DNA of 63,436 nt, filler included, from Reticulomyxa filosa (Eukaryota; Protista; Foraminifera), in assembly GCA_000512085.1 (NCBI GenBank). It is 21 parts of 21 records of this genome, joined end to end, with 100 filler letters (N's around TTAATTAATTAA, not from the genome) between each part and the next. Parts side by side here need not be neighbours in the genome. Positions count along the whole stretch, not along the records: positions 40,599 to 45,214 come from ASPP01012718.1; positions 45,315 to 49,641 come from ASPP01012811.1; positions 49,742 to 51,683 come from ASPP01027876.1; positions 51,784 to 53,766 come from ASPP01011931.1; positions 53,867 to 59,245 come from ASPP01020308.1; 16 more parts are not named here. One strand, given 5' to 3'. The translations under genes were made by a program, and so were the position numbers. The notes under the pieces are model-generated. The model saw only the letters and a program-made list of their open reading frames with translations. It made no database searches and was not told the DNA's origin. Below are positions 43,601 to 56,052 of the stretch, one piece after another; the first letter of the stretch is position 1; each line of letters begins with the position of its first letter.

Positions 43601-45192
43601 TTTGTGATACATATTGCGGTCTCTTTAGCGATCGTAACTGCGCTGTATTACATCACACCATATTACATATACACATATATATATACATATATATATATAT
43701 ATGTATATATACGTATATATATGTGTATATGTATTATGGTGTGATTTATTGAAAGAGAAAAACATACCTAGACACGAATTGAGCTTGCCTCCACGAGCAG
43801 GGTCTTTAAAAAATCCAGAAGCGGCATACAAAGCTGTATCTTCGTCAATAATCCATAATTGTTGTGCAGCTTCCAATACCTGTGTATGGATTATTATAAA
43901 GTGAGATAAAATTATTGATTGTATTCATTTATATATATGTATATATATATATATATATCATAACATATCCTTGATCATCGTATATTTCCAAAGAGAACAT
44001 TTCTCTTCGAAATCTCTGGTGAGGTCGATTCAACCAGGAAACTGGGATTTTGACGCTGTAAACCCCCGGAGGCAGCGCTCCGGAGCTGACCTCTTCCCCA
44101 AATAAGGTTTGTCCAACGCGCTTCGCCCTGAGTTCAAAGGTCAGTCGTTCCGTCTGTTCATTTCGCACCCGTTTTTTGTGTTTCCTCGGCTTGCGCGCAT
44201 TCAGCCACTCGGGGTTGGTATTGGACTTGCCAGTGTCCAAGTCTGTCGTGCTTGCATTGACTTGGCTGTTGTTATCGCCGCTGCTGCTGGTGAAATTGCT
44301 TCCAGTGATGTTGCTACTCCCTGCGTCACCAGAGACCCTTTTTCGAATTTGAGAGACAATCAAAAATTTATTTGTAAAGTTGTTGCAATTACATTAAATT
44401 GCATAAAAAAAAAAAAAAAAAAAAAACTGCGAGGAGCCGATTTCAGAAGATGCTTTGAGGTCAAAGTAATTTGGGGAAGAGATATGAATGCCTGATATTT
44501 GATTGGCGGACTCATTTGGATTCAATTGGCTCGTCGAGCTCAATGGATCGACGCTTTTATCTTTCAAGGACTGAGCGAGCTCCAAATTCCCTCTTCCGAT
44601 CTTCACTTCGAACAGCAGGTTCTGCTCGCTGCCCACCTCGCGGGCACTGAAGCCCGAGATTTGCATCGACCGCAAGCGCATGTACGCAGGGCCCGTCAAC
44701 GACAGATGGCCGTTCGTTGGGACGCCGCTGCGAGTTACAAAGCTTATCTCCACTTCTTCTTCTTGTTGATTCCGATGTTCGATCATTTGTACATTGCGTA
44801 TCAAGTCTTTTTTTTTTTATTAAATTAAGGTTACAAAAAAATTATTATAATAATACATTTCTATCACACATATATATACATATATATATATGTATATGTA
44901 TATGTATACACCCTTTTAATAAATAAAATAAACTCGGAAATTTATGCCAGTTTTCATACACAACCAAATGATTGCCGGTGCCGTCGGTTGTGTGCTCGAT
45001 CGTCACAAAAGAAGATGTCTTTGGTAGAAATTGCAATGTTAACACTCTTTCGTAGCGTGTTGGAAAGGAAAACAAATTTGAAAATGGAGGCTCGGATTCA
45101 AATATGCGAATAAACCCATCTCTCCCTGCTGCTGCTAAACATTCCATTGATTTTCGACGACTTTCAATGTTTATTTTTTGTATTTTTGTCAT
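40664..45192 (-). CDS. HPS3: HPS3-like (BLOC-2 subunit) beta-propeller protein with large insertions, multi-exon, partial
   Basis: Four blocks colinear with recalled HPS3 motifs: FSFPTRYERVLTLQF..FVTIE..LVVYENW; ISCISTCEHSGRIAAAC..IEIY; VRMVSIRWDYLGFASNHETRLLHL; VHVYNL..LEYSISF..LQDAFLFVLTESDICVYS. Confidence 0.62.
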
Positions 45193-45929
45193 GTTTATCC
45201 CAAAAAAAAATACANNNNNNNNNNNNNNNNNNNNNNNNNNNNNNNNNNNNNNNNNNNNTTAATTAATTAANNNNNNNNNNNNNNNNNNNNNNNNNNNNNN
45301 NNNNNNNNNNNNNNCATTTGAATATTTTGGTTAGTATTTTAGAAAAGAAAGAATATATAAACTAACATAATTGACAACGAGTTTATCAAAATCTTTGGTC
45401 CATCCTAATTTAATGTTTAATGTTTGAATCCAATAATGAAGAATTATTTGGATTTCTTCTTCTTTTGACTGTTTCAATTACAGATTATAACGATGATTAA
45501 AATAAAGAATAAAAACTTAAAGACAAGCTGGACTCAACTTTCATTGACAAATTTAAGTTTATTTTTGTGAGATAATCTTTGATGATGCCAGATGAAAAAA
45601 TGCTTGTTTATAAAAGGAAAAGCTGAACTAAGAAACACTTTGAAATGAAAGATAAATATTACACTTTGTAAAATTTGGGTATTACAATAATCAGTAACGA
45701 CAATTCTATAATACAAAAATTTTTAAATTATAAGATATTGATCATAGAAGGGCAATATAATGTTACCTATTTTGAATTTTTTGTTAGACCTGTGTAAGCA
45801 GAAATGTTTCTTTGAGCAATCAATTAAATAATCCGATCGAAAAACTCCAAATAATCTTTCTTTGCATCACCTTTATGTTTTTATTCAAGTAGATTATGTT
45901 GGATTGACACCGAGAAAATCAGCTCCAAG

Positions 45930-46520
45930 TTGGTGGCGTTGACTCATAGAATAGTATATTGACTCAAATCACCGTTACCACAGAGTTGTATATCATACAC
46001 GATTTGATCGATACTATCGTTGAAATATTTCTGGATCAATCCATCTTTGGAGTGGTAGCATGTAGCGATTAACTCCAGCGACTTCGATTGGCAAATGATA
46101 GCCAAATATACATAAGTTGCCATCTTCAACAGCTCTTTGCTTTGTAAGTACAAATGTTTGAAATAGTTGATTTGCTTTGTTGCAGTTTGGGGAAGGGACA
46201 GCATAAGAGATTGCAAGGTTGATCATGGCTTTGTTTGTTTTGGAGATTTGGAGTGATAGTCAAAGTGCAATGCAAAGATTGATGAACATAATTTGAAACA
46301 AAATCATTACAACTTTGCTTCAAAAAGTATGCGCATTTAATTTCGGGTAAGTTTTTGGTATTCCTCCACTGCTGTAGAGTATAAAATCGAAACGGATTTT
46401 GATGACGTGACAAATGATACATCGTCGTTGGTAGCGTTTTTTTCAATATTTAATCTACCTTTGCAAATAGCATCAAGTTTTTGGACATGTACAGGAGAAT
46501 ATAAATGCAAAGGTGATGAA
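45930..46520 (-). pseudogene. Decayed copy of an unidentified dispersed family (paralog at 59400-60170)
   Basis: DNA-level similarity to 59400-60170, with multiple frameshifts. Confidence 0.65.
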
Positions 46521-46829
46521 ATATTTCTAAAATGGGCTTTGTTATCTCATCAAAAGAAAAAAAAATAGTTGGGATAGCTCAAATTCAGCAAAGCGTGTAA
46601 TTGACGATATAATCCGAATTCAATAAATGGTGTAAAAAAAATTTAATTTGCTATTGCAAGTGCTATCATTTGTTTCAGCATTTGATGTTGTGTTGGAATG
46701 ACCTTGCTTTTATTCATGCTGATACTCTTTGTGTTCAGTCTGTAATACCCATTGGTTGTGTCGGTATTGGACGTAAGCAAAATCAATTGCAAAGATAGCT
46801 GCTTTGTTTTCAAAAATTTTCAATGATAT

Positions 46830-47215
46830 CAATACTTAAAATCTTTTGCAATTTATTTGATATTTGGATACAATTTTATTTATTACAATTCAAAAAACAT
46901 TGAACACAGCTTTTTCAATTTTTTAAACAACAAAGTAAGATAAAACAAATCTTTCAATGCTTAAATTCAATCAAATCAACAAGTTTAATATCACATAACT
47001 TTTCTCTTAATCAAACTTTTTAAACAAAAAACACTTTCATTTCTTATTCGCAAAAAATAAATTTATCCCCAAATATGAATGAAACCTTTGCGTGAACCAT
47101 AACACAAATTCATATCATATGTAACATTTTCTGTTTTATCTTTTTTTTCAAATCCAATAAATTTAAGACATCTTATTTCATCATTTCCAAATTCTTTGAT
47201 CACATACAATTAACA
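46830..47215 (-). pseudogene. WD40-family C-terminal fragment plus conserved 3' flank
   Basis: LYVIKEFGNDEIRCLKFIGFEKKDKTENVTYDMNLCYGSRKGFIHIWG*. The downstream flank matches 12370-12595. Confidence 0.75.
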
Positions 47216-47819
47216 AGCAGACCACCGTCAATAGAAAGTCATAATTGATTACTAGTTTAGCAAATTATCCCATGTCATAAGCAACATATTTGCGGCAAGG
47301 ATACTCAAAATTATGAAATCAATTTACATTTTACAACTATTTTTCATATCATTAACAAGGCTGACATAACACAAAAAAATTTTTGTTCAATTGGAGTAAT
47401 CGTATTTGAATTTTTCGCTTTCGTAATTCATCTTTAATACTATCCTTTTTTGGGGGGTTTGTATCTTCTTTCAATCATGTAGGGTAAGACCATATTACGA
47501 CCTTCTAAGTGCTAAGAGAACGGCGGAGCCCCCAGTGTGTTAAAACTTTCTTCACAATACAACTCATCTTTGTCTTGTTTTTCTTTTTACTTTTTTCTTT
47601 ATTTTGTCGCAATTATTGTTGTCAATTTATTTCCTCTTCACTGAAATCGATTTTCAGAACTAAGTTCCTTTAGTATTACACTTAGACTAGCTCACTGTCC
47701 CTACAGTCCCATTTATCTTGGATTTTTAATTATTTTTTTTTGTTATTTGTAATTGTTTATGTTTTGAAAGTAATTTAAATTATTCATATAATCATTTAAT
47801 TCTTTGATTCTAGTTGTTG

Positions 47820-48210
47820 TCCTTGAGTTGCTGTTTGGTGAATCTTGTCAAAATTGTTGTGAACATGTAATCTTAAGTCACCAATTTGCAGTTAAGTCAA
47901 CATGCTTGGAGAATATAAACAACAATCACGGAGTTGAACAAGAATTAGAATGAATTGCCTTAAACAATTCATACCAACAATAAGAAATTCATTTGAGTCT
48001 TGATGTTGTATAAAGTTCATTTCAATAGAATTTCTGGCAACTTGTTTGCAAATCAAACAAATAGAGTGGTGAATTTGCTTTTGTTGACTCAACTGCAAAA
48101 TCCACTCTTTACTGAACAAGAAATCTCCAGAAAAACTCGAGACAATCCAATTTATATTTTCTTTGAAATTTTGTCTTCTGTGTTGCCATTGTTTTTCTCA
48201 TGAAGGTAGG
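47820..48210 (-). pseudogene. RING/TRAF N-terminus remnant of the WD40 family
   Basis: SKEWILQL..ICLICKQVARNSIEMN..QH..LIVGMNCL parallels 16231-15900 but has lost Cys residues and carries stops. Confidence 0.7.
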
Positions 48211-48777
48211 TTTTGCTATAATCATTGTTTAGAGATTATTGATTTTGTAGAAAGTTTTTTTATTTGAGTTTTTTATCAATGAGGGAGACTAACAATGAAC
48301 TTGTGAGCAAAATCAGAAACAAAAATTCGTGAGAAAATAGAGAATTTTATTTGTATTATTATTTGAACAATCTTACTCACTTAGCATACAGCTGAGCGCA
48401 ATAGAAAGAGACGATGAAAGTATTGTATCATAGTCTAAACATGTTACTATTTTATGAAATAAAATTTCTTATTTTTCATCTAGCTGTATAACTTCTTTGA
48501 ATTACATCAATTTCCACAAAAAGCTCTCATTTTATTATTTTGTGACACGTTTTGATTTAAAGTGAAATGGAGTACGTGTATGTTTATTTATTTCTTTGTT
48601 TAAATTTTCAAATTACACTTATTAGCAATATAAAATACAATAAAAGTTAAACTGTTACGTTTTTTTTTGAGAAGAATGCTCAGAAACATATGCCAATTAA
48701 CAAATAGTGATTATTTCACTTAATTAATCAAAAGAATAATCACCCAAATAAATTATTTTATTGGTAGAGAAATGATA

Positions 48778-48962
48778 TTATCCCCAAAAATGAATTGAAC
48801 CATAACATAAATTAATATCATCACTATCATTTTTGTTGTTGTAGGACTTTAAAACAAAATATTATTTTATCATTTCTTTTATCTACATTAATCACATACA
48901 ATTCGTTCTTATTTGACCGAATATTCCAAAAACGAATTGTACTATCACTTGATCCAGAACAT
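48778..48962 (-). pseudogene. WD40-family C-terminal remnant
   Basis: CSGSSDSTIRFWNIRSNKNELYVI followed, after a frameshift, by NLCYGSIHFWG*. Confidence 0.7.
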
Positions 48963-49741
48963 TCAATTGTTTATGAAGAAGTTTTAAAAGCAAAACTGAA
49001 TTAAAAAAAGAAATCACAAGCAATATCTCACAAAGTCTGCAATTCTTAAAAAAATATCAAAAGATGGTTATTTTAATTTAATGACATAACAAAGGAAGAC
49101 GATTGATTGGATTTGCATCTTTGTAAAAATGAAATTTATGTTGGTAAACAATTCATTGATATTGGATATTTTTTCTATGTGATTATATTAACTTTATGCT
49201 ATATAGTTTTTTATTTATATTTTTCATTTAATCAAAGATGATATTATTTTTACTGATGAAACTAAAATATAATTATTTTTGATGAATTTCTTTGCTTGTT
49301 AACGTAATAATGCGTCTGAACACACACAAAAAGGACAAGTAAAAGAAATAATGAAAATAAATGAAGAAAAAGTATGAAATGCTGTTATTTTTGTTTTGAT
49401 ATATTATTATTAATTGGATATGATGAAGACAACACTTTTCAATTTCATCAATCATCTGATTGTGATAATATCGCATATATCGCATCATTCAATGAATATG
49501 CATATGAATGTATCGATGATGTCATCTTATTCTTTGGTGAAAATCATTAACGAACATTTAAATAATTCATTAATTAGGATAATCAACTTACTGAAATTGA
49601 ACAATTGAAAAAAGAAATTAAATTAAAAAATGATAGTTCAANNNNNNNNNNNNNNNNNNNNNNNNNNNNNNNNNNNNNNNNNNNNTTAATTAATTAANNN
49701 NNNNNNNNNNNNNNNNNNNNNNNNNNNNNNNNNNNNNNNNN

Positions 49742-51665
49742 TAGATGCATTTTGATTTGCGAGATAATTTTCTATGATACAAGTGACGATTTTTTCATTT
49801 CTCAAAAAACCTTGCTTGGTCAAATGTTCCATTTTATTGAAAAATTGATCTGCATTTATATGTATGAGCCCAAGATACTTTATTTCAATGTTTCGAGCGC
49901 TTACCAATACCCTATTGATTAGATTAGCATTTTTACCTGGCAAATGTTTATACATAAAATCCAAAACAATTAAAATCGAATTGGAAAAAAATAATTGGCT
50001 CACATTTGCGGTCAATGAAATGGAGTCCCAAAGAAACAATATTATATCTACTAACCATTGTCCGGGATGATGTTCATCATCCCTTACGTTCTCGTTGCTA
50101 TCCAAGGACATGGAAGCAACAGATATTAAATAATCATAATGGGAAATAATGGGATGGAAACAATGTAAAGTCGCTTCAATGGTTGCAATGGACAATTTAT
50201 CACACAATAACAATGCCATACACACAAAGATATCTCGAAGAATACTTTGTTTCGCTGGGGCATATTCATGCTTCGAAAAGTTTTGAACCAAATCCATTGC
50301 ATATTCGCGAGTGGCTTTCGCTGAATACTCATTGTTAATTAAATCTTGTTCCAAATTTTTCACAAGTGAAGTCAAATTATTGTATGATGGATCAGGATAT
50401 ATGGAGCACTGCTTTTGACACCTTTTGTGGATGCAACGACTGAAAGGAAAACAAGTTTGAAAGTTGCTTTGAAGAGAATATACTTGAGGATCAATCACAG
50501 CTAAATGCAATTGGCTGGCATTAATATTTGGTGATTTTATTTTAACCAATTCTGGAGTTTTCAATGCTTTTTCAAACAATTTTGGATACCATTGAGATCC
50601 ATCGTTTTTCTTGCTTTCAACATATTTCTTTTAATTTTGTTTTGATATCTTATGTATACTGTAAATACAATGCAGTGCTTATATATACATACATAATTAT
50701 GTAAAGAGTGTTACAAAACTGCAAAACCACCATTTTGATAAATAATAAATAATACATTAACCAAAGCCAAAACTAACAAAGTGTCAATATTATTTTGACG
50801 CCTTTCAAAAAAAGATCCTTCCATATTTTTTCCACCCTTCTCCAAATTCTTCAAAGTTTCGTCAATGGATCGTCTTCCTACAGCTTGCAAGAGGTCCTTT
50901 AATCTCTCTACAAGTATTTCCCTAAACTCGTCATTCTCAAATATCGAATGCAATATCTTTCTTTCTTCTAAGGTATTGAACGAATGTGGAAAATGTAACC
51001 TTCCAAATGCCCGATGAGCACATTTGGATAAATTCTATGCACAACAATCCAATTTCCTGTTTTTATCATAACATTATTTATTCCAAATAAAACATAAATA
51101 AAATTAATTAAAAAAACTAGCATTGTTGGTTTGTCTATCAATTATATCCACCAATGGCTTTTTCAAGTCTTCTTTCAATGATATTGAATTTGTTAACAAT
51201 AAACAATCAATATAAACAATCTTCCACTTCCTATTTTTTCAACAAAAATAGTGTAATAAACACAGATTCAAATTTAAAAAAGAATTCTTTTCTTTTAACT
51301 GTCGAAATATTAAAGGAAATGGTGATTTTCTGTCAGTGTGAATAAGCAAAACCACTAATTTCTTTTTTTTCACTATTGCCTTGCTTACTATAAAAGAGAT
51401 GGTGTTCAAATTGGAGCATATATATTGCTTGTTCCAATTGATTTGTGGTTGTGGGCGTGTAACGATGATGAAAGATTAACACATCACTCAATAATTGACC
51501 ATCGAAAAATTCTTTGATTGTTTTTTCAAATTCACTCATTTTTTTAAATGACACAATTTTTTTTGTACGATGGACCCACTAAATTGGAACATTACACTCT
51601 AGATCACTTGTAATTACCATTAGCATTTGATTGATGGATTTCTCCTGCTGATCCTTCACAGATTC
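49742..51665 (-). CDS. RNF213/mysterin-like protein, internal fragment (multi-exon)
   Basis: Colinear with recalled RNF213 motifs: SFKKMSEFEKTIKEFF, KWKIVYIDCL, EGSFFERRQNNIDTLLVLALVNVLFIIYQNGG and FQTCFPFS. One possible frameshift near 51163. Confidence 0.55.
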
Positions 51666-51783
51666 TCCCTTTTTTTTGTTTGTNNNNNNNNNNNNNNNNN
51701 NNNNNNNNNNNNNNNNNNNNNNNNNNNTTAATTAATTAANNNNNNNNNNNNNNNNNNNNNNNNNNNNNNNNNNNNNNNNNNNN

Positions 51784-51819
<36 letters not shown>

Positions 51820-51888
51820 AATTGTTTCTCAAATCCCAACCCACTGTCAAATTCTTTCCTTTGCAAAAAAAAAAAAAAAAAAAAGAAC

Positions 51889-52747
51889 CTTTGGTTTAAC
51901 CACAGGAGAAGGATTATACACCACCAATGTCGGTGTAATGGATCCCATATAGTTGGTTTTGTTTTGTTTTCCATTGTTGAAGTTGTCCCGTCTTTGTAGC
52001 AGCCTTTCATCTTTTCGTCGTTTTATATCCCTTGTCCCATAAAAAAACCCCATCAAATCAACCACTTATAAGAAACAAGTATGTAGACTCGTTTTGTCTC
52101 TCTTTATATAACACATTTTAAAAAAAAAAAAAAACTTAACTCAATGATTTGAGGTATTGAAGTGTTCCTATTTTGTAAAAAAAACAAAAAAAAGGGGAGA
52201 GGAGAGGGGAGGGGAGTGAAGGACATTAACAGATGGTCAGTGATAGTTTTTAATGCTTAAAAAACCCCAAAAAAAATTAAAAATAAAAAACGCAACAACG
52301 ATGCTTCCATTGGACCGTCATTATTATTGCTTGGAGATTCACTGGTGAAACCAATGTTTACGTTCTAAAGAGTTTTTTTTTCCAAGACACAAGTTTAAAT
52401 ATTAAAAAAATATGTATCTTTTTCTTTTTTTGCCAAAGTTCCTGTTGCGCTGCTCCTTTTTTGTTCAGAATTTGTGTGAAAGAATGAAGTCGCTTCGACT
52501 TTCGAACACCATTTGAAATAAATAATGGGCCTTCGGCATTCATCGAATCTCGTCGCCTTTTTTCCATCGCACTCGAAACAGACTGATTTTGTTTAGGTTT
52601 GGTTGCCAGTTTGTTGTCGAAGCTTTTACAGTGGGCTTTGCACACGTACATATATATATATATATATATGTTACTCACTGCCGTCAATCGAAACTCTAAA
52701 GAATGCAATTCTTGTTTGATTTTTTTTTCATCATCCTCTGTTGTCAT
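51889..52747 (-). CDS. Hypothetical multi-exon protein (3' partial)
   Basis: MTTEDDEKKIKQELHSLEFRLTA, a TA-rich intron, then further hydrophilic exons. No recognisable domain. Confidence 0.35.
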
Positions 52748-53124
52748 CTGTTCTAAAAAGGGAATGCTCAACCGGATAATCCGTCCGAGACTTAAAAAAA
52801 AAAAGTAAAAACCAAACAAAAAATCCAACAAGTCGTTAACTAGTCGTATACATATACAAGATTTCAATTATGTTTGTAGCACTTCCTTCAAAAAGACTAA
52901 CTAAAGTTTTGAGATTTGCACAACTGTTCCAATGTTGCACAGATTGAAGCTTTTTACCTTGAAAATTTTCAAAACAATTTAAGAAAAAAGATAGAAACAA
53001 AATCAATTATTTTTGGAACAAGTAAAAGTTGCACACTAAAAAACTTTCTTACGTAAAAGAGTTGAAAGGGAGGTCTCAGCTTTCCAATCATTTTTGCGCA
53101 TCAATTTCATATATAATATCCAAA

Positions 53125-53713
53125 ATGGTGGGTTTGAAGCGACACAACAAACAATAATACTACAAAAAAAAATAAATAACAGACAAAATAACCAATGTCA
53201 ATAATAAATTTTTGACTCAACAGGCAACCAGTTTTTTGAATGTATTTCATGAACCAGTTACCCCACATGATCTGAAACATCGATTCGATATTTTGAATAT
53301 ACACAATGATGGGAGAATCCCATTTAAGGAATTTTTAACAGTGGCAGAGGACTTAGGTATTGCATTTACTGGAACGGAGGGTCGTGAAGTGTACGACAAA
53401 ATAACTAACTGTGGAAAAAATCAAGTGTTGGACGAGGAAGCATTTACAGGAGGATATGCATTAGTAGCAGAAAATGAAAATGTGGCAATCTTTTATAAAA
53501 AACTATTGGGTGGTGGTCAATACGATTACCAAGACGGACGAACTGAATTGGCAATGGAACAAATGAGTGAAGCTTTGAAAGACCACAAAGAAGACTGGTC
53601 ACAAAGGATCCAATGTATTGAATCCTACACTCGACAAATGTGTATGCCCAATTTGTCTGTCGACAAATTCCATGCTTCATTTCGTACTTTTTTGGATTTT
53701 TTTCATCAAACAA
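53125..53713 (+). CDS. EF-hand pair + CLASP/TOG-like domain protein (3' partial)
   Basis: ATG at 53125 and intron 53132-53182 are in phase. EF-hand-like RFDILNIHNDGRIPFKEFL, then EQMSEALKDHKEDWSQRIQCIE, matching the first HEAT repeat of the CLASP TOG2 domain. Confidence 0.65.
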
Positions 53714-54069
53714 GTTTAGTGCTGCATCTTTTAAAAACTGCATTCCATTTGAGTTTTTTTTTTTTTNNNNNNNNNNNNNNNNNNNNNNNNNNNNNNNNNN
53801 NNNNNNNNNNTTAATTAATTAANNNNNNNNNNNNNNNNNNNNNNNNNNNNNNNNNNNNNNNNNNNNTTTTTTTTTTTTTTTTGTTTGGAGAGAGGGAGGT
53901 TAGTTTTGTTCTCATTGCATGCACATACCACCAAGTGCAAATTTTTTTTTTAAAAATGGTTTTAAAAAAAATAGTGAACCCTTTTTTCCCCATTTCAAAA
54001 AAAAAAAAAAGGGGAGAGAAAAAGGGAGATAGGGGAGGGGGGAAGAAAAAAAAAAAAAAAAACTTGTTA

Positions 54070-54760
54070 ATGAAAAAGCAGGAATGACAGGTTGGATTTT
54101 GTGTACACTTTTGGGGGTCTGTTTTTGAGACAGTGAAATAGCACTGGCTGTCTTTGATAACGGGTTGTCCACGTCCAATTGAAAAGACATTGACAGTGGC
54201 GACAACAAAGGGCTTTCTGATGTTGCCTCGGCTGATGCTGTTGTCTCCTTTCTTGTGTCGTCCACTTGCTTCCAGACTGACATGTTCGTTGTCTCAATCG
54301 TTTCTTTACTAGCGATTTGCAAACGATTCAGAATGCCCACAATCGATTGATCATTCTTGTCATTTGCTTTCAACGGCAATCCAATGTCGAACCACGTTGG
54401 AAGTATTTGTTGGTTCAATTGCTTCGCTATCACCACTTGCTCTAATGGCGACGGCTTGGGTATCATATTCAACTTTTTGTAATAACGTAATCGCAATTTA
54501 TTTGCGCTCATTTCCTGGTATTGTGCGACCTTGTTTTCCGTTATTGTGATGCTATTCATTCCTTCCTATATTACATTTTTATTTTTTTTTTAAAAAAAAA
54601 AAAGGTTTTGTCAAATTCTCCTTGCTTTTCCTTTCTCTGCTCCCCTCTTCGCTCTCCCTTTGCAACATTGTCCGACCTTTCATACTGTAGTTTTGGCAAG
54701 AGTGTTCTTGTTGTACTCACATGAGCACCCTCAAACACTTTTAAAGGTCAATTGATGCAA
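54070..54760 (-). CDS. Hypothetical Ser/Thr-rich protein, partial
   Basis: Open frame of about 160 codons (54559-54070) flanked by homopolymer introns, plus an upstream exon. Confidence 0.45.
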
Positions 54761-56052
54761 ATTTCGGAGAGAGTCACTTTTCTCTTGAACAAATTTTTTT
54801 AAGCTTAACTTTGTTACAGAAATTTTACAATTCTTGTTTTTGGAGTTTTCTTTTGGAGACAGGGACTTTTTCTGTCGAAACTCAAGGTCGTTGTTTTCAT
54901 TTTGGAGCGTGCAATACCTTACCTCTTTCAGAAATAAAGATACGACCGAATCATTTTATCTTGGTCATGGCCTTTTTTGCAATATTTTATCACTATTTCC
55001 AACACAATAAGAAAGCATCAATAAGTAAAACACATTCATAAAAAATTGAATTCCTCAATGAAAAGACAAAATTCAATCAAAATAATTGTTTGGAATATCT
55101 GTAAAATTGTAACGTTTAAATTATTTAAGTTTTAGTTAATATTGCTGTTCTGTCAAGAAAAGTAACACTTGAAGAAAAAGTAAAAAAGTTTTTAAAACAA
55201 GGTCTGGTTCAAGTTCTTAAGAAACAACAGACAAAATTTTTTTTAGGATTGGTTTGGCAATGAATTTTGCCGTGTTGAATACTTGTATGTTTCTATCTTT
55301 TTAACGTTACTTTACGAGCCAATACTGTCGTTGCGATTACTTGTACTGATCGACAACTAGTGTTGGCTCGAAGAAAAAGACAACTCACTCTTCAGACATA
55401 GTCATTGAATATTAGAGTTTGATTTGAAGTTTGTTGACATTTTCAAAAAATAAAATAAAACAAAGCATAAAAATTTTGTTGTTACAGAAGCCAACTTGTT
55501 GCGAAAACCCTTGCGGTAAAAAAAGAAAATGATGACCAAAAGGTAGGTTTTTCCAAAAGTTTTACGGAACATCAGTTGGGATGCCGGTTATTGATACTGA
55601 TATCCCTGTCTTGCTTTCCAAGAAAAAAAACAACCTTTTTTTTGCAAATGCTTACCGTAATTAATGTTTGCTTGAAAGGTTGCTGACACAATTAATTTTG
55701 TTTGTTGACACATCAATGGAAAAATCTTTTGATGGTGATATTAATAGGATTGGTAAATTTTGAAAGCAAAAGTGTATAAAAAGCGCGAAAAAAAAGGTTT
55801 TTGGAATGTTAAAATGAAATTGTTTAAAAAATTATTGTTTTTGGTCATGAACAGTAGGTTTGGCTTACTTTGACAAACGGTAAATGTGTCAGTGATTATT
55901 TGCAAAAGTGGAAATTTTTGTGATAACAAAATTTTAATAAAATTGTTGAAAATATGGGTTTAAGGGATCCATTCGTATATTACTCAATTCAATAAAAATA
56001 GAAAAAAAAGATAAACGAAAAAAACAAAGTCGCTATTAAGGCTTAATCCAAA

